Virus record (IMG/VR): IMGVR_UViG_3300025120_000032
Strand: one strand, 5' to 3'
Origin: an uncultured virus (IMG/VR IMGVR_UViG_3300025120_000032)
Lineage: Duplodnaviria > Heunggongvirae > Uroviricota > Caudoviricetes
Length of the DNA: 64,000 bases
Part shown: positions 39,846-49,378 of the stretch, one piece after another
Layout: every line of letters begins with the position of its first letter
Position numbering within the stretch: position 1 is the first letter of the stretch
Program-made: the position numbers and the translations under genes
Notes under the pieces: model-generated
Seen by the model: only the letters and a program-made list of their open reading frames with translations
Database searches by the model: none
What the model was told of the DNA's origin: nothing

Positions 39846-41852
39846 CTATGATATTCTTACGTATAGTGTATAAGTTTCGTTTGTTGCGCTTGCGGATTGT
39901 ATAGTTTCACCCTCAAAGTTTCCTTGAAAGTTTCCAAGATAGTCTGTTATATATGAAGTATCAAAAGCTTTATCATATATATTCTCATAGTTACCTTCGT
40001 ATGCTGTAGAGTAAGCGGTATCAAAGGCTCCTTCATATGATGTGGTATACACACCCGTAAACACTCTGTCATATGTAGCAGTATAAACAGCACCATCATA
40101 GTCGCTTAAATAACCAGTAGTATATGATGTAGTATAATTCTGACTAAACTCGTTTTGATAGTTACCTTGATAAGCCGTGGTATAGCTGATAGTATACTGC
40201 CCCTCATATTGTGTTGTATAGTTTACTGGAAATGGACTTATATAATTGATATTGGTCAGTCTATTATAATTCCTGTCAATCCCAAGCACATATGCCGTGA
40301 GGTAGTTGTTACCATAGTATATAGGTTGGATTTGTAGTTCGAAAGTACCTGTAAACACTCTGTCATACACAACCCCCACACTTCTAGTGTAATTGCTTTG
40401 ATAATTTCCAACAAAGACACGAGCATAATTACCAGCATATGCCGTTCCTGGAACGTCAGGCGCATTGTAGGTTGTTTGACCACCACCCCTACCTGAACCT
40501 TGATAATAAGTTGGTGGAGCATTCCTTGTATAAGATTGGGGTTGTGCTGGCCCAACAAAGTTGCTAATAAACTCACCAGTATATTGAATGGTGAAAACAC
40601 GTATATAATCTGAGCTAACGTTGCCGCCAAATTGCCCATTAAAATCTCTAAGGTAATTTACGAGACCTTGATATCGAAGGAAGTCTCTGGTATAGTTTGT
40701 CGAAAAGTAATACAACTGTTGACCAACATAGTTGTTATTCTCCGTTCGATTATAAGCTCTCTCAACAGTGCCTTGATAATTTGTACTAAATTGACCTGTG
40801 AACTGCCTATCGTAATTAACACTAGTGTTTCTTAAAAAGTTTCCAGTGTATTGGGTAGTATATTGTGTGTCGTAGTTTTGGTTAAAGGTTCCAGTAAAAG
40901 TAGAAGTATATCCCTGATTAAAACCACCAGTATAATCTATAGAATACCCTTGATCAAATACTCTGGTGTAAGCAGAGGTATAATTCACATTACTTATACT
41001 TGTGAAGTTTGTGGCATACCCTGTTGTATATGATGTCGTGTAATTAGCTTGAAAGTTTACAGTGCTATCTCTAGTAAATGCTTGATTAGCAGTAGTATTC
41101 CTAGTATCAGTCGCAGTACCTTTGGCAACCCACGTTCCAGTATCAGTAGGAGCACCCTGTGAAGAGTTCCTAAGTTGATACGAACCTATCTTGGATGCCG
41201 CTATACGTGTCTTTGCTCTTTGTCCAAATGAGAACTTAATCTCAGCATCAGACATTTCCTGAACACCAGCAAAGGATGCTTCGTTCTTTAGGCGCATAGG
41301 TCTAACAGCCGTTGGTGCAGTTCCACCAGTTCTTTTCCATAACTTATGTGCTATAGAAGCTCCATCAGTTCTAGTGTCTATAAATGCCGTTTGCTGTTCT
41401 GTCCAATCACCACTTGGTGCTGATGTGGATAGTCGGTATGATCCGGGAAATTCTTGAGTAAATATTATACTTAAGTATCTATCAACAGTCTCATTTAGAT
41501 CTACGTCTGGCATCATTTTAAAACCAGTTTCTGATCCTGAGTCTACCCACATAAGAGGTCTAAATACATCAGAATCAGTTTCTGCCGCCGTACCGTTTGT
41601 CTGATAGATTACAGTATTAGTTGTACCTGTGGTAATACTTGTAGAGGGATGTGTTCCTACAGCCTGATTAAAAAATGTATTAGAATATGTTCCTACAGTA
41701 TCACCAGTTGTGGCTCTGTTCAAAGATCCTACTTCCGCTGAATCAGCGGTGCTCAAGTGTAGTCCTACTTGATACGCAATATAGTTTTCTTCAGTAGTCG
41801 TTAACTCTTGAATATTACCATTAGCATCTTTTAACTTAAGAGGTGTTGCCAT
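39846..41852 (-). CDS. Fibre-like protein with a long xxx[Y/F] tetrad-repeat region
   Basis: About 400 residues with an aromatic roughly every fourth position (NYTTSYTTGYATNF...). Confidence 0.75.
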   Translation of the reverse strand: MATPLKLKDANGNIQELTTTEENYIAYQVGLHLSTADSAEVGSLNRATTGDTVGTYSNTFFNQAVGTHPSTSITTGTTNTVIYQTNGTAAETDSDVFRPLMWVDSGSETGFKMMPDVDLNETVDRYLSIIFTQEFPGSYRLSTSAPSGDWTEQQTAFIDTRTDGASIAHKLWKRTGGTAPTAVRPMRLKNEASFAGVQEMSDAEIKFSFGQRAKTRIAASKIGSYQLRNSSQGAPTDTGTWVAKGTATDTRNTTANQAFTRDSTVNFQANYTTSYTTGYATNFTSISNVNYTSAYTRVFDQGYSIDYTGGFNQGYTSTFTGTFNQNYDTQYTTQYTGNFLRNTSVNYDRQFTGQFSTNYQGTVERAYNRTENNNYVGQQLYYFSTNYTRDFLRYQGLVNYLRDFNGQFGGNVSSDYIRVFTIQYTGEFISNFVGPAQPQSYTRNAPPTYYQGSGRGGGQTTYNAPDVPGTAYAGNYARVFVGNYQSNYTRSVGVVYDRVFTGTFELQIQPIYYGNNYLTAYVLGIDRNYNRLTNINYISPFPVNYTTQYEGQYTISYTTAYQGNYQNEFSQNYTTSYTTGYLSDYDGAVYTATYDRVFTGVYTTSYEGAFDTAYSTAYEGNYENIYDKAFDTSYITDYLGNFQGNFEGETIQSASATNETYTLYVRIS

Positions 41853-41857
41853 AGTTT

Positions 41858-41897
41858 ATTATACCTATACATTACTAATCTGTCAAGGGTATTTATA
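41858..41897 (-). promoter_or_regulatory. Tandem late (TATAAATA) and perfect sigma70 promoter
   Basis: TATAAATA at 41890-41897, then TTGACA (41881-41886)-N17-TATAAT (41858-41863), ending 5 nt before the ATG. Confidence 0.8.
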
Positions 41898-41903
41898 ATA
41901 GAT

Positions 41904-42548
41904 TTATCGCCAAAACATATTGGTGCGCCAAGCCAAAGTAGTTGTTGTAGCCGCTGGCCAAGTTAAAGTAATGGTTCCAGTTGAATAATCAAAGTTGCCC
42001 ATTTGGGAACTATTGCGTGGCGAAAGCATTCGGCTTCCATATCCACTAGTTTGATTCCCATACGGTGCGCCACGCTTTGGATAAATCCAAGTCCCACCAC
42101 TACTGGTATCGGCATCATAAGTTTGCCAACTTTCTAAAAATGTCTGTGGGTATGTTGCGGCGGTTGTTTTTGTATTACCTACTCCAGTATTCTTAAAATA
42201 GACCATAACTCTGGAATTAATCTTAATTTTCACCGCCGCATCATCTATTGTCATGTTTCTAGAATTGCCAAACTGAATTTGGATACTGCCCGACCAACTT
42301 GGTGGACTAGAAGTACAAAGCCAACAATCAAGAACAAGGATAGCTTCACCAAAATGATTTGTAGTAGGTTGAACCCCAAGAGTGCGAAGATTTTGCGTCC
42401 CTGCACCCCAAGAGCCAGAACCACCTCTGGATGCCTGAGTACCTTTTGTCCAGCTATCCATATCATGTATAGCAGTATTAGATGACGCTAGATTGGTTAG
42501 TTTTCTTGTGTCATCAATAACAGAGGTTGTTCCAATTTTAAAAGCCAT
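41904..42548 (-). CDS. Putative fibre-tip/adhesin paralog 3
   Basis: Begins MAFKIGTTSVIDDTR and ends WRTNMFWR. Confidence 0.6.
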   Translation of the reverse strand: MAFKIGTTSVIDDTRKLTNLASSNTAIHDMDSWTKGTQASRGGSGSWGAGTQNLRTLGVQPTTNHFGEAILVLDCWLCTSSPPSWSGSIQIQFGNSRNMTIDDAAVKIKINSRVMVYFKNTGVGNTKTTAATYPQTFLESWQTYDADTSSGGTWIYPKRGAPYGNQTSGYGSRMLSPRNSSQMGNFDYSTGTITLTWPAATTTTLAWRTNMFWR

Positions 42549-42560
42549 TTTATTATACCT

Positions 42561-43157
42561 TTATCTCCACCAAACCTGATGTTCCATTGTCATTATTGAG
42601 GTTCCACACGTTGGCCATTCTATTGAAACCGCACCACCACTCGTTGAATACGCATTATCTTTCTCAGTAACATCAAATCTACCTAAAATATCAAAGGTAT
42701 TACTGTTAGTATCAGCCATTGCGGTAATAAAACTATGTGGAGCGGCATAACTAGTGCCACTGATACTTTGTCTGGCAGTTTTTATCATGAGATAGAAACA
42801 AGAGCCAACTTTAACGGTCGTGTTGTTATTAAGAAGTAAGGCATTCCATGCCATCGAAGTGCCAACTTGATACAAGGGGAAAGCACTAAAAGTTCCGGGG
42901 TTACCACTTGCCGCTGTGATTTTAAATCGATATATTGCATCAGTAAAATCAGTGTTGGTGGGGTAAACATTAACACTTCGTAGGTCTACAGTTCCACTCG
43001 TCCAAGAGAATGCCCCCGAACCACCACGAGTGTAAACTCCCGAACTATTGGATGTTCCTGTGGTCCAGTGTCTCCAACTGTTAACTTCTTCCACAGTCCC
43101 TGCGGTTAAATTTCTGGAGTTATCAATAATATTACTACCGTTGATTTGAAAGGCCAT
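42561..43157 (-). CDS. Putative fibre-tip/adhesin paralog 2
   Basis: Begins MAFQINGSNIIDNSR and ends MEHQVWWR. Confidence 0.6.
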   Translation of the reverse strand: MAFQINGSNIIDNSRNLTAGTVEEVNSWRHWTTGTSNSSGVYTRGGSGAFSWTSGTVDLRSVNVYPTNTDFTDAIYRFKITAASGNPGTFSAFPLYQVGTSMAWNALLLNNNTTVKVGSCFYLMIKTARQSISGTSYAAPHSFITAMADTNSNTFDILGRFDVTEKDNAYSTSGGAVSIEWPTCGTSIMTMEHQVWWR

Positions 43158-43192
43158 CTATCCCATCCCGATTTTAACTGAATAAAAATAAT

Positions 43193-43858
43193 TTATCGAA
43201 ACCAGCATTGGGTTCTCCATGTGTAGGTTGAGGCTGACATAGCTGGGAAGGTCAGCAAGATTTTGTTGGTATCAGAAGCAGATTCGATGCTTTCATCCCA
43301 ACAATTCTCACCCATTAAAGACCCCGGATCGTAGGTGGATTTCGCAGAAGATTGGAGGAGATCTTCGTTGTATGAAACGTTTTGATTTTTATTTACCCAT
43401 GCTCTTGCTACAAAAAAAGGTTTATTGTTAATTTTGTAATCATATGTATTCATAACATGAATATAAATTGCGTGATTAACCTTTATCCATGTCGTACTTT
43501 TACACATACAATTTGCTGGAGCAAACCCAGATGATGAAGCACTGGGGTCTCCAAAATGCCATGTGGCATCACTGTTAAATGTATGGGAACCTGATGCTAT
43601 TGCAGTACATCTCATTTCCCAAACAGCTTCTCTAAAATTATTTGAAGAGGGCCATATTGCACCACTACCACCCGCACCTGTTCGAAGATTTATGACTGCT
43701 GAGTTGTTGCTAAAACTATAACTATTACTTCCTGTCCATTTACCATAGCCAAATTCTTGTCGCAAGAATCCTGTTGGCTCTCCGGGTGCAAGAGATTCCA
43801 TATTCTCAATATTACTAGAGTTTGATATGACTTCAACACCATTAATCTGAAAGGCCAT
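43193..43858 (-). CDS. Putative fibre-tip/adhesin paralog 1
   Basis: Begins MAFQINGVEVISNSS and ends WRTQCWFR. Confidence 0.6.
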   Translation of the reverse strand: MAFQINGVEVISNSSNIENMESLAPGEPTGFLRQEFGYGKWTGSNSYSFSNNSAVINLRTGAGGSGAIWPSSNNFREAVWEMRCTAIASGSHTFNSDATWHFGDPSASSSGFAPANCMCKSTTWIKVNHAIYIHVMNTYDYKINNKPFFVARAWVNKNQNVSYNEDLLQSSAKSTYDPGSLMGENCWDESIESASDTNKILLTFPAMSASTYTWRTQCWFR

Positions 43859-43861
43859 TTA

Positions 43862-44170
43862 TTATACCTCTGGTAAACTGGGCCAATCGGAAGAATCCAA
43901 TAGAGGCCAATTTGAATGAGTCGGCAAATCTCTTAGAGCTTGTCTGTATGCTACATAAGGTGTTTTAATAGAACTTGGCATATCTCCAACTTGAGTCCAA
44001 TCACAAGCATCCAATAAAAGTGTTCTTTTTAACTTTTCATTGGCGATGAACTCCGCATTAGTAGAGAGAAACACTCTATGATCAGAATCGGCTGATCTCT
44101 GTTCAGGTGTCATATCTACTGTTTGTATAGCCCCGTCACTGTCTATATATTGATATTTATATATTGGCAT
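43862..44170 (-). CDS. Tail fibre assembly chaperone-like protein
   Basis: R.LLL..CDWTQ..D.P......YRQALRDLP....WP motif. Confidence 0.75.
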   Translation of the reverse strand: MPIYKYQYIDSDGAIQTVDMTPEQRSADSDHRVFLSTNAEFIANEKLKRTLLLDACDWTQVGDMPSSIKTPYVAYRQALRDLPTHSNWPLLDSSDWPSLPEV

Positions 44171-46618
44171 TTACTTACCCTTTAATTCTTTTATTTCTTG
44201 CTTCAATTCTTTAATCGCTTCAATAAGAACACCGACCATTTTACCGTAGTCAACTGATTTCATACCATCTTCATTAGTGTTAACAACTTCTGGAAGAACT
44301 TCTTCTACTTCTTGAGCAATTACACCGACTTTACGATCATCATGACCAATCTTATTATACCATACACCACGTAGTTGTGATACTAGATCTAAGCCACTCT
44401 CAACTGTTACAATGTTTTCTTTTGTGCGAACATCAGATAGAGAATTTACATCACCTTGAACTGTTATGTCTTCGTTTCGAATAGTCAAGGCCAGCGGATA
44501 CGTGTCACTAGCACCTACTTGATTTCTGTTATAGAAATTTATCTCACCATAACCACTGCCATCCTGTTTGAAATCCATGTATGATTTAGTTGCGTTTGAT
44601 GTTTGAAAATGAATCGTTCCAGTTCCTGAACCCGAATTGAAATACATGATAGAGCCACTGGTAATAACTGATGCCGTTCTACCTAGCGACAAAGCATTAG
44701 TTGGTAAGGCTGAAACATCAGACGCTGTTAATGCACGTGTAGCAACCGTAGCATTAGCATCTGTAACGTGACCAAGAGTGTCTGTTGTGACATTGAAGTC
44801 CAAGTCAGAGATAACAGTAGCACCTGAGAGAGCACCAGTATCAACAGCCGCATCATCTCCGGGGTGGGTTGGGTGAGAATAATTATTAGCATTAGTAGCA
44901 ATACCAGTTAACTTAGTATTTAAGGCTGTAGTAAAGTTCTTTTGTGTGAGTCCACCATCTCCAACTGTATACTCTGTGTTAGTATCAGTAACTGTTTCAG
45001 TTGCCGTAGCAATGCCAGTAACGTGTCCATACGTATCAAGTGTGATATCTTGGATGTATGTTCTACCACTATTCTCAGAAGATGATGCTGTGGAAGTATC
45101 TGTGTGACTAAGAACTTCACTACTAATACTTAATCCACCACCAACTTTTACACCACCTTTAGTGCCAGCCGCCGCTGTAGGCAACGTGTAGGTGAAGTTA
45201 GTAGCACCACTATCAATACCATTTAGTTTACTTTGTAGCGTAGTAGTAAATGCTTCTGTATTAGCATTACCCTCGTATGCAGTTTTAATCTGAGAGGCTG
45301 TCTGATCTGCCGTGGCGTTGTTTTCTATCCCTGCAAGTTTTGATCCCAATGAGGATACGTCATATCCATCTACTGTTGCGGAGTTAGCCATAGTTATGTT
45401 ACCAGATAGTGTGAGTCCAGTTCCACTAATATTGGTAGCAAAGGTTGACCCACTATCATTCATTCTGAGACGTTCTACACCACCAGTGAAGAAGGTTAAG
45501 GTATCACTATCATTACCCGCCGATCTCTCAGCAAGAACTTTAGTATCACCATCAACATCAATAAGTCCACCTAGACCTGACCAAGCAGATCCGCTATAGC
45601 CTTCGAATGAAGCATTGGTAATATTGTAACGTATCTGACCCTGTTTGGCTGAAGGTCTTTGTCCTGTTGTACCCGCTGGTATTCTAGTGGCACCAGTACC
45701 AGTTTGCATTATGTTTGAGAATACTGCACTATCGTTCTGTCTAGCGACTCTCTTCATGTCAGATGAAGAACCACCGTCAGTCTGGTTAGTTCCTATCTCC
45801 CAAAAGTCTCCTAGCTCATTCCATTGTATAACAGCACTATCCAAAGATGGTCTGTCAACTGCAAGACCAGCCCTGTTAGTATTGGCAACAGTCACCCCAT
45901 CATTAACAACAGAGAATGAATTAGCCGCTCTAGTAGCACCCGCTGTGGTGAAAGCACCGCTCACAGTAAAGTTTGTGGCTGTAATACTTCCAGAAACATC
46001 AAGTTGACCTACAACATTAGTGGAATCTAGATTTGCTATACCATGTACAGTTAGATCATTATCTAAAATGAGGTTGCCTGAGTTTAAGTTACCTGATGTA
46101 AAATTGCCTGTTACGTAAGCACTATCTTGCACAGTAATAGTATTTGCGAAAGTTGTATCACCACCAACAGTTGTATTTCCAGCAACATTTAAGTTACTGC
46201 CTAAAGCTAGGGTTCCTGTGATATATGCTGAGTCTTCAACAGTGAGTGAGTTTTCAAAAGTAAGATCACCCTTAACTGAGAGATTGGTATCTACTTGAAG
46301 ATTGCCACGAATAATATTGGTTGCTGAACTATCGCTTAGTGTCATCCTTGGCGATAGTAACTGTGTAGTATTAATTGAGTCTAGGCGTCCATCTATTTCA
46401 CCTATTGCTGTTGAAACTGTGCTTGCAGTAGTACCCATAGCACCCGCTGTAATGGTTCCTAATTCAGCATCAAGTTCTAATATAGCACCAGTAACATTTT
46501 TAGAGGTTGTAGTTAAAGTTGAAACATCACCAACTGAGTCAACAAGGGAGTTAAACCTATTACGTTGAGTATTGAATGTGTCCGTTAACTGGACTGTGGG
46601 TATCTTTGAATTAGCCAT
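44171..46618 (-). CDS. Tail fibre with C-terminal intramolecular chaperone (peptidase S74-like)
   Basis: IPAGTTGQRP...GQIRYN....FEGY; C-terminal SDVRTKENI...GVIAQEVEEVLPEVV...VDYGKMVGVLIEAIKEL. Confidence 0.85.
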   Translation of the reverse strand: MANSKIPTVQLTDTFNTQRNRFNSLVDSVGDVSTLTTTSKNVTGAILELDAELGTITAGAMGTTASTVSTAIGEIDGRLDSINTTQLLSPRMTLSDSSATNIIRGNLQVDTNLSVKGDLTFENSLTVEDSAYITGTLALGSNLNVAGNTTVGGDTTFANTITVQDSAYVTGNFTSGNLNSGNLILDNDLTVHGIANLDSTNVVGQLDVSGSITATNFTVSGAFTTAGATRAANSFSVVNDGVTVANTNRAGLAVDRPSLDSAVIQWNELGDFWEIGTNQTDGGSSSDMKRVARQNDSAVFSNIMQTGTGATRIPAGTTGQRPSAKQGQIRYNITNASFEGYSGSAWSGLGGLIDVDGDTKVLAERSAGNDSDTLTFFTGGVERLRMNDSGSTFATNISGTGLTLSGNITMANSATVDGYDVSSLGSKLAGIENNATADQTASQIKTAYEGNANTEAFTTTLQSKLNGIDSGATNFTYTLPTAAAGTKGGVKVGGGLSISSEVLSHTDTSTASSSENSGRTYIQDITLDTYGHVTGIATATETVTDTNTEYTVGDGGLTQKNFTTALNTKLTGIATNANNYSHPTHPGDDAAVDTGALSGATVISDLDFNVTTDTLGHVTDANATVATRALTASDVSALPTNALSLGRTASVITSGSIMYFNSGSGTGTIHFQTSNATKSYMDFKQDGSGYGEINFYNRNQVGASDTYPLALTIRNEDITVQGDVNSLSDVRTKENIVTVESGLDLVSQLRGVWYNKIGHDDRKVGVIAQEVEEVLPEVVNTNEDGMKSVDYGKMVGVLIEAIKELKQEIKELKGK

Positions 46619-46826
46619 TTGTACCGTTCTCTAATAGTTTTTGCAACATCATTTTTATATCACCTACATCAGATTTTAGTTGATCTATTTCAGCACGTTC
46701 TTGCTTCTTAGCCTCTTCAACTATTCTCTTGTGTCTACTTTTACTCTTATTTATATTCAAAACCATATTAGTATTGGGATCTCTGACTAAATCAGGATAA
46801 TCTTTCACAGGTATGTAATCAGTCAT
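46611..46826 (-). CDS. Small conserved T4-like hypothetical protein
   Basis: LVRDPNTNMVLNIN followed by a coiled coil (EIDQLKSDVGDIKMMLQKLL). Confidence 0.7.
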   Translation of the reverse strand: MTDYIPVKDYPDLVRDPNTNMVLNINKSKSRHKRIVEEAKKQERAEIDQLKSDVGDIKMMLQKLLENGTNG

Positions 46827-48496
46827 TATGATGTTGCTATTGTTCTCAAGTTTGCAAAACGTGGAATTCTTGTGGATTTCTCAGCGTTCATTGTTATTTT
46901 TATTTGGTATTCATCGAAAGCCGCAAGATCAAATACATTGAACTCGTATTCTGAGAATAGACGTAAGTTATCAGAAGGTGGAATATCGATATAGTTATTA
47001 CCCTTAGTTGTCCTACTATCTTTAGAAAATAATGTCCAATCTTTTTCAGAAAGTTTTGCGCCAGTAGAGTTTAAACTAGTTCTAAACCAAACATCAAAGT
47101 CTGCTCCAATAGGTCTTACCGCATCAACAAGTGCTACAATAGATGTTGAAGAGTTTGAAAGAACATAGGGTGTGGTTATGTGCTTACTTGCATTTGTTCC
47201 ACCAACAGCATTTGTTTCAGCCGTATATGGAACAGTCGAGATCTTGTTTCTATTAGTAAGAGTTCCAGTGCTATCTTGTTGGTGATCAATAAAGAAGGAA
47301 ATAGTTTCAAGAGAGGCGTTGTTGATATTAAAATATGGTGCTACGTTTGCGTTACTTGTATTCAAGTTAACTGTAATGTCAGTAGATGCCGCACCACTTA
47401 ACTTCAAGGTTTCTTGCTTTTTAGCGGCAATAACCGAAGGTGTGTTAAGTAGTTGAGATCTTTCTAGATTAAGATCTACATTAGTAACAGCGTTATATCC
47501 AGTGGCAGTATCTTGCCAAGCACCTAATGAAGTAAAGTTTCCTTTGGCTGTAATATTTGTATTTGGTGGAGACATGAAAGGGAGTTTCAACATCATCTCA
47601 TTTATCTCATGCTGTTCTGTAGCATATAGCCCTGTGCCGCCAGCCCTTATTGATGCTGTCGCACTTGCTGAATCCATCTTGAATGTATACCCAAAAGGAT
47701 CAGCCTTAGTGATAGTTCTTTGACCAAGAATACTACTACCCTTTACTCCATTAACTGTCGTAGCTGAATCGAAACCACTAGCATCTGTAGATAGGGTAAC
47801 TACGTCACCAACTCTAAATCCATGTGCGGGGTGTAGGACAGAAAGATCTGAATCACCAGCGGTGAACCTTAGGGGATCAAAAACATAATCACCTAGTTGA
47901 TTTGTGATCAAACTCTCTGTAAGTTTTTTCACAGGTGGTATATTAGTTTTGAGTTTAGCAGTTGCCGCAAGTGAAGTATCAAACTGTGCTTTATATACTT
48001 TGAAGGTCAGGTCTTTATTATTGTCACCTTCCCAAGTAGTGCCATTAGATGACGCATACAGTGCTCCGCTAGAAGTATTAACTGTAGAGTTATACCTTGC
48101 TGTAGTAGTCCCGAAGTTAAAATCTCCGTTCTTTGCAAAGTAAGTTTTGTACGTGTCACCTGAAGCTGAAGAATAAATGCATACTGATAATAGTGTATTA
48201 CTAGGAACATATATTGGAGATGTGAACTCGAACTTATATTCTGTTGCCGCAGAAAATGTTGTAGCCGCTTTAGCACCAATCTGTGCCGCTGTAGCTGTCA
48301 CTCTACTCCCCGGAACATATCTTTTTCCAGAAGGTTGCCCCCCTTCAGTAGTCGGTCTAAGTTCTAAAGTGATTGGTAAAGTAGGATCTGCCGAATAGAA
48401 GAAAATACCAATGCCTGTTAGAACACTAGCCTCATCAACCACAAAGGTTTGTGCTGTAGGACTTTTCTGTTCTGTTAGCTGTAAAATGCCAGTCAT
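46826..48496 (-). CDS. Virion structural protein resembling the C-terminal part of VrlC/DUF4815-type proteins
   Basis: PTAQTFVV...GIGIFF; S.NG.TW....DL.FK.Y.A.F; FSEYEF...YQIKI.M....P....LR.IA. Confidence 0.7.
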   Translation of the reverse strand: MTGILQLTEQKSPTAQTFVVDEASVLTGIGIFFYSADPTLPITLELRPTTEGGQPSGKRYVPGSRVTATAAQIGAKAATTFSAATEYKFEFTSPIYVPSNTLLSVCIYSSASGDTYKTYFAKNGDFNFGTTTARYNSTVNTSSGALYASSNGTTWEGDNNKDLTFKVYKAQFDTSLAATAKLKTNIPPVKKLTESLITNQLGDYVFDPLRFTAGDSDLSVLHPAHGFRVGDVVTLSTDASGFDSATTVNGVKGSSILGQRTITKADPFGYTFKMDSASATASIRAGGTGLYATEQHEINEMMLKLPFMSPPNTNITAKGNFTSLGAWQDTATGYNAVTNVDLNLERSQLLNTPSVIAAKKQETLKLSGAASTDITVNLNTSNANVAPYFNINNASLETISFFIDHQQDSTGTLTNRNKISTVPYTAETNAVGGTNASKHITTPYVLSNSSTSIVALVDAVRPIGADFDVWFRTSLNSTGAKLSEKDWTLFSKDSRTTKGNNYIDIPPSDNLRLFSEYEFNVFDLAAFDEYQIKITMNAEKSTRIPRFANLRTIATS

Positions 48497-48546
48497 TATT
48501 TTCTGCCTTTATCTCTTTAAATACTTATTAATGGCTATTATCACCA

Positions 48547-49362
48547 TCAAAATGGTCTACTCATTGGACGATTACCACCGCCGTTATATGTATTGCCAGT
48601 GCCACTCACCACCCTTGAACCACCTGACAGTGTTGTTCCCTTTCCCGTAGGTAAGTTGGCTACTTGGCTTTCGGTATATGCATTATGCCATGTATTGCCC
48701 ACTCGCACACTAATCAAAGGTGTTGGATTATCATTATCTGATTGGTTATTTGATGGTGGAGAAGGAGGATTTTGATAAAACTCTTGCTCAGTATAACTAT
48801 ATGTTTCTGAAAATGTTCTGGACTCACTGACACTATACTCATACCAATTTTCATATTGACCGTTGGCAAAAAACTTAGTTGCCGCATATGATAGTGCTTC
48901 ATTTCTAGACATAACTGAAACATCAAGCGCACTAAAGTTTGTGCCATCTGTTTTAGTGTTCCAGTTCAATGAGGAATTAGATTGTAGATAGAATAATCCT
49001 TTTAATGATCCATCAGAACTACTGATTAGAGGATTATCTGCTCCACCATTTGTTGCGCCCCCAAGAGCGGTTGGAAAAGAAGTTGATGCCACATAAGCAT
49101 CTCCTGTTTCTTTTATGTTAGAATCTCTTGCGGCAGAAGTGTAGTCAGTTAAACTATAAGAAGTGTTACAGTATTTCGTGATCTGTTTATCTCCAAAGAA
49201 AATCCAATGTGGAGTATTGGGTCTTAATCCTTGAAATTCAAAAAATATAATCTTAGGTCTATGCACTTCAATCTCAGTATAACCAAGCCTGTCTTGTTTT
49301 ACAACATCTCTAGATTGTGTAACTGTTCTAGTGCCTGTTCTATTTACTGTTCTATATGGCAT
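48547..49362 (-). CDS. Virion structural protein resembling the middle part of VrlC/DUF4815-type proteins
   Basis: GLRPNTPHWIFF...L.S..DG.L.G.F motif. Confidence 0.6.
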   Translation of the reverse strand: MPYRTVNRTGTRTVTQSRDVVKQDRLGYTEIEVHRPKIIFFEFQGLRPNTPHWIFFGDKQITKYCNTSYSLTDYTSAARDSNIKETGDAYVASTSFPTALGGATNGGADNPLISSSDGSLKGLFYLQSNSSLNWNTKTDGTNFSALDVSVMSRNEALSYAATKFFANGQYENWYEYSVSESRTFSETYSYTEQEFYQNPPSPPSNNQSDNDNPTPLISVRVGNTWHNAYTESQVANLPTGKGTTLSGGSRVVSGTGNTYNGGGNRPMSRPF

Positions 49363-49378
49363 ATCTTTACCTTAATGT

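Noticed and set aside
39846..41100. CRISPR-like or DNA tandem repeat array
   Set aside because: The periodicity is at amino-acid level within one ORF; there is no constant nucleotide repeat with spacers.
41904..46618. Diversity-generating retroelement or invertible shufflon acting on the adhesin paralogs
   Set aside because: No reverse transcriptase, recombinase, near-identical template/variable repeat pair or flanking inverted repeats seen in this window, and all three genes face the same way.
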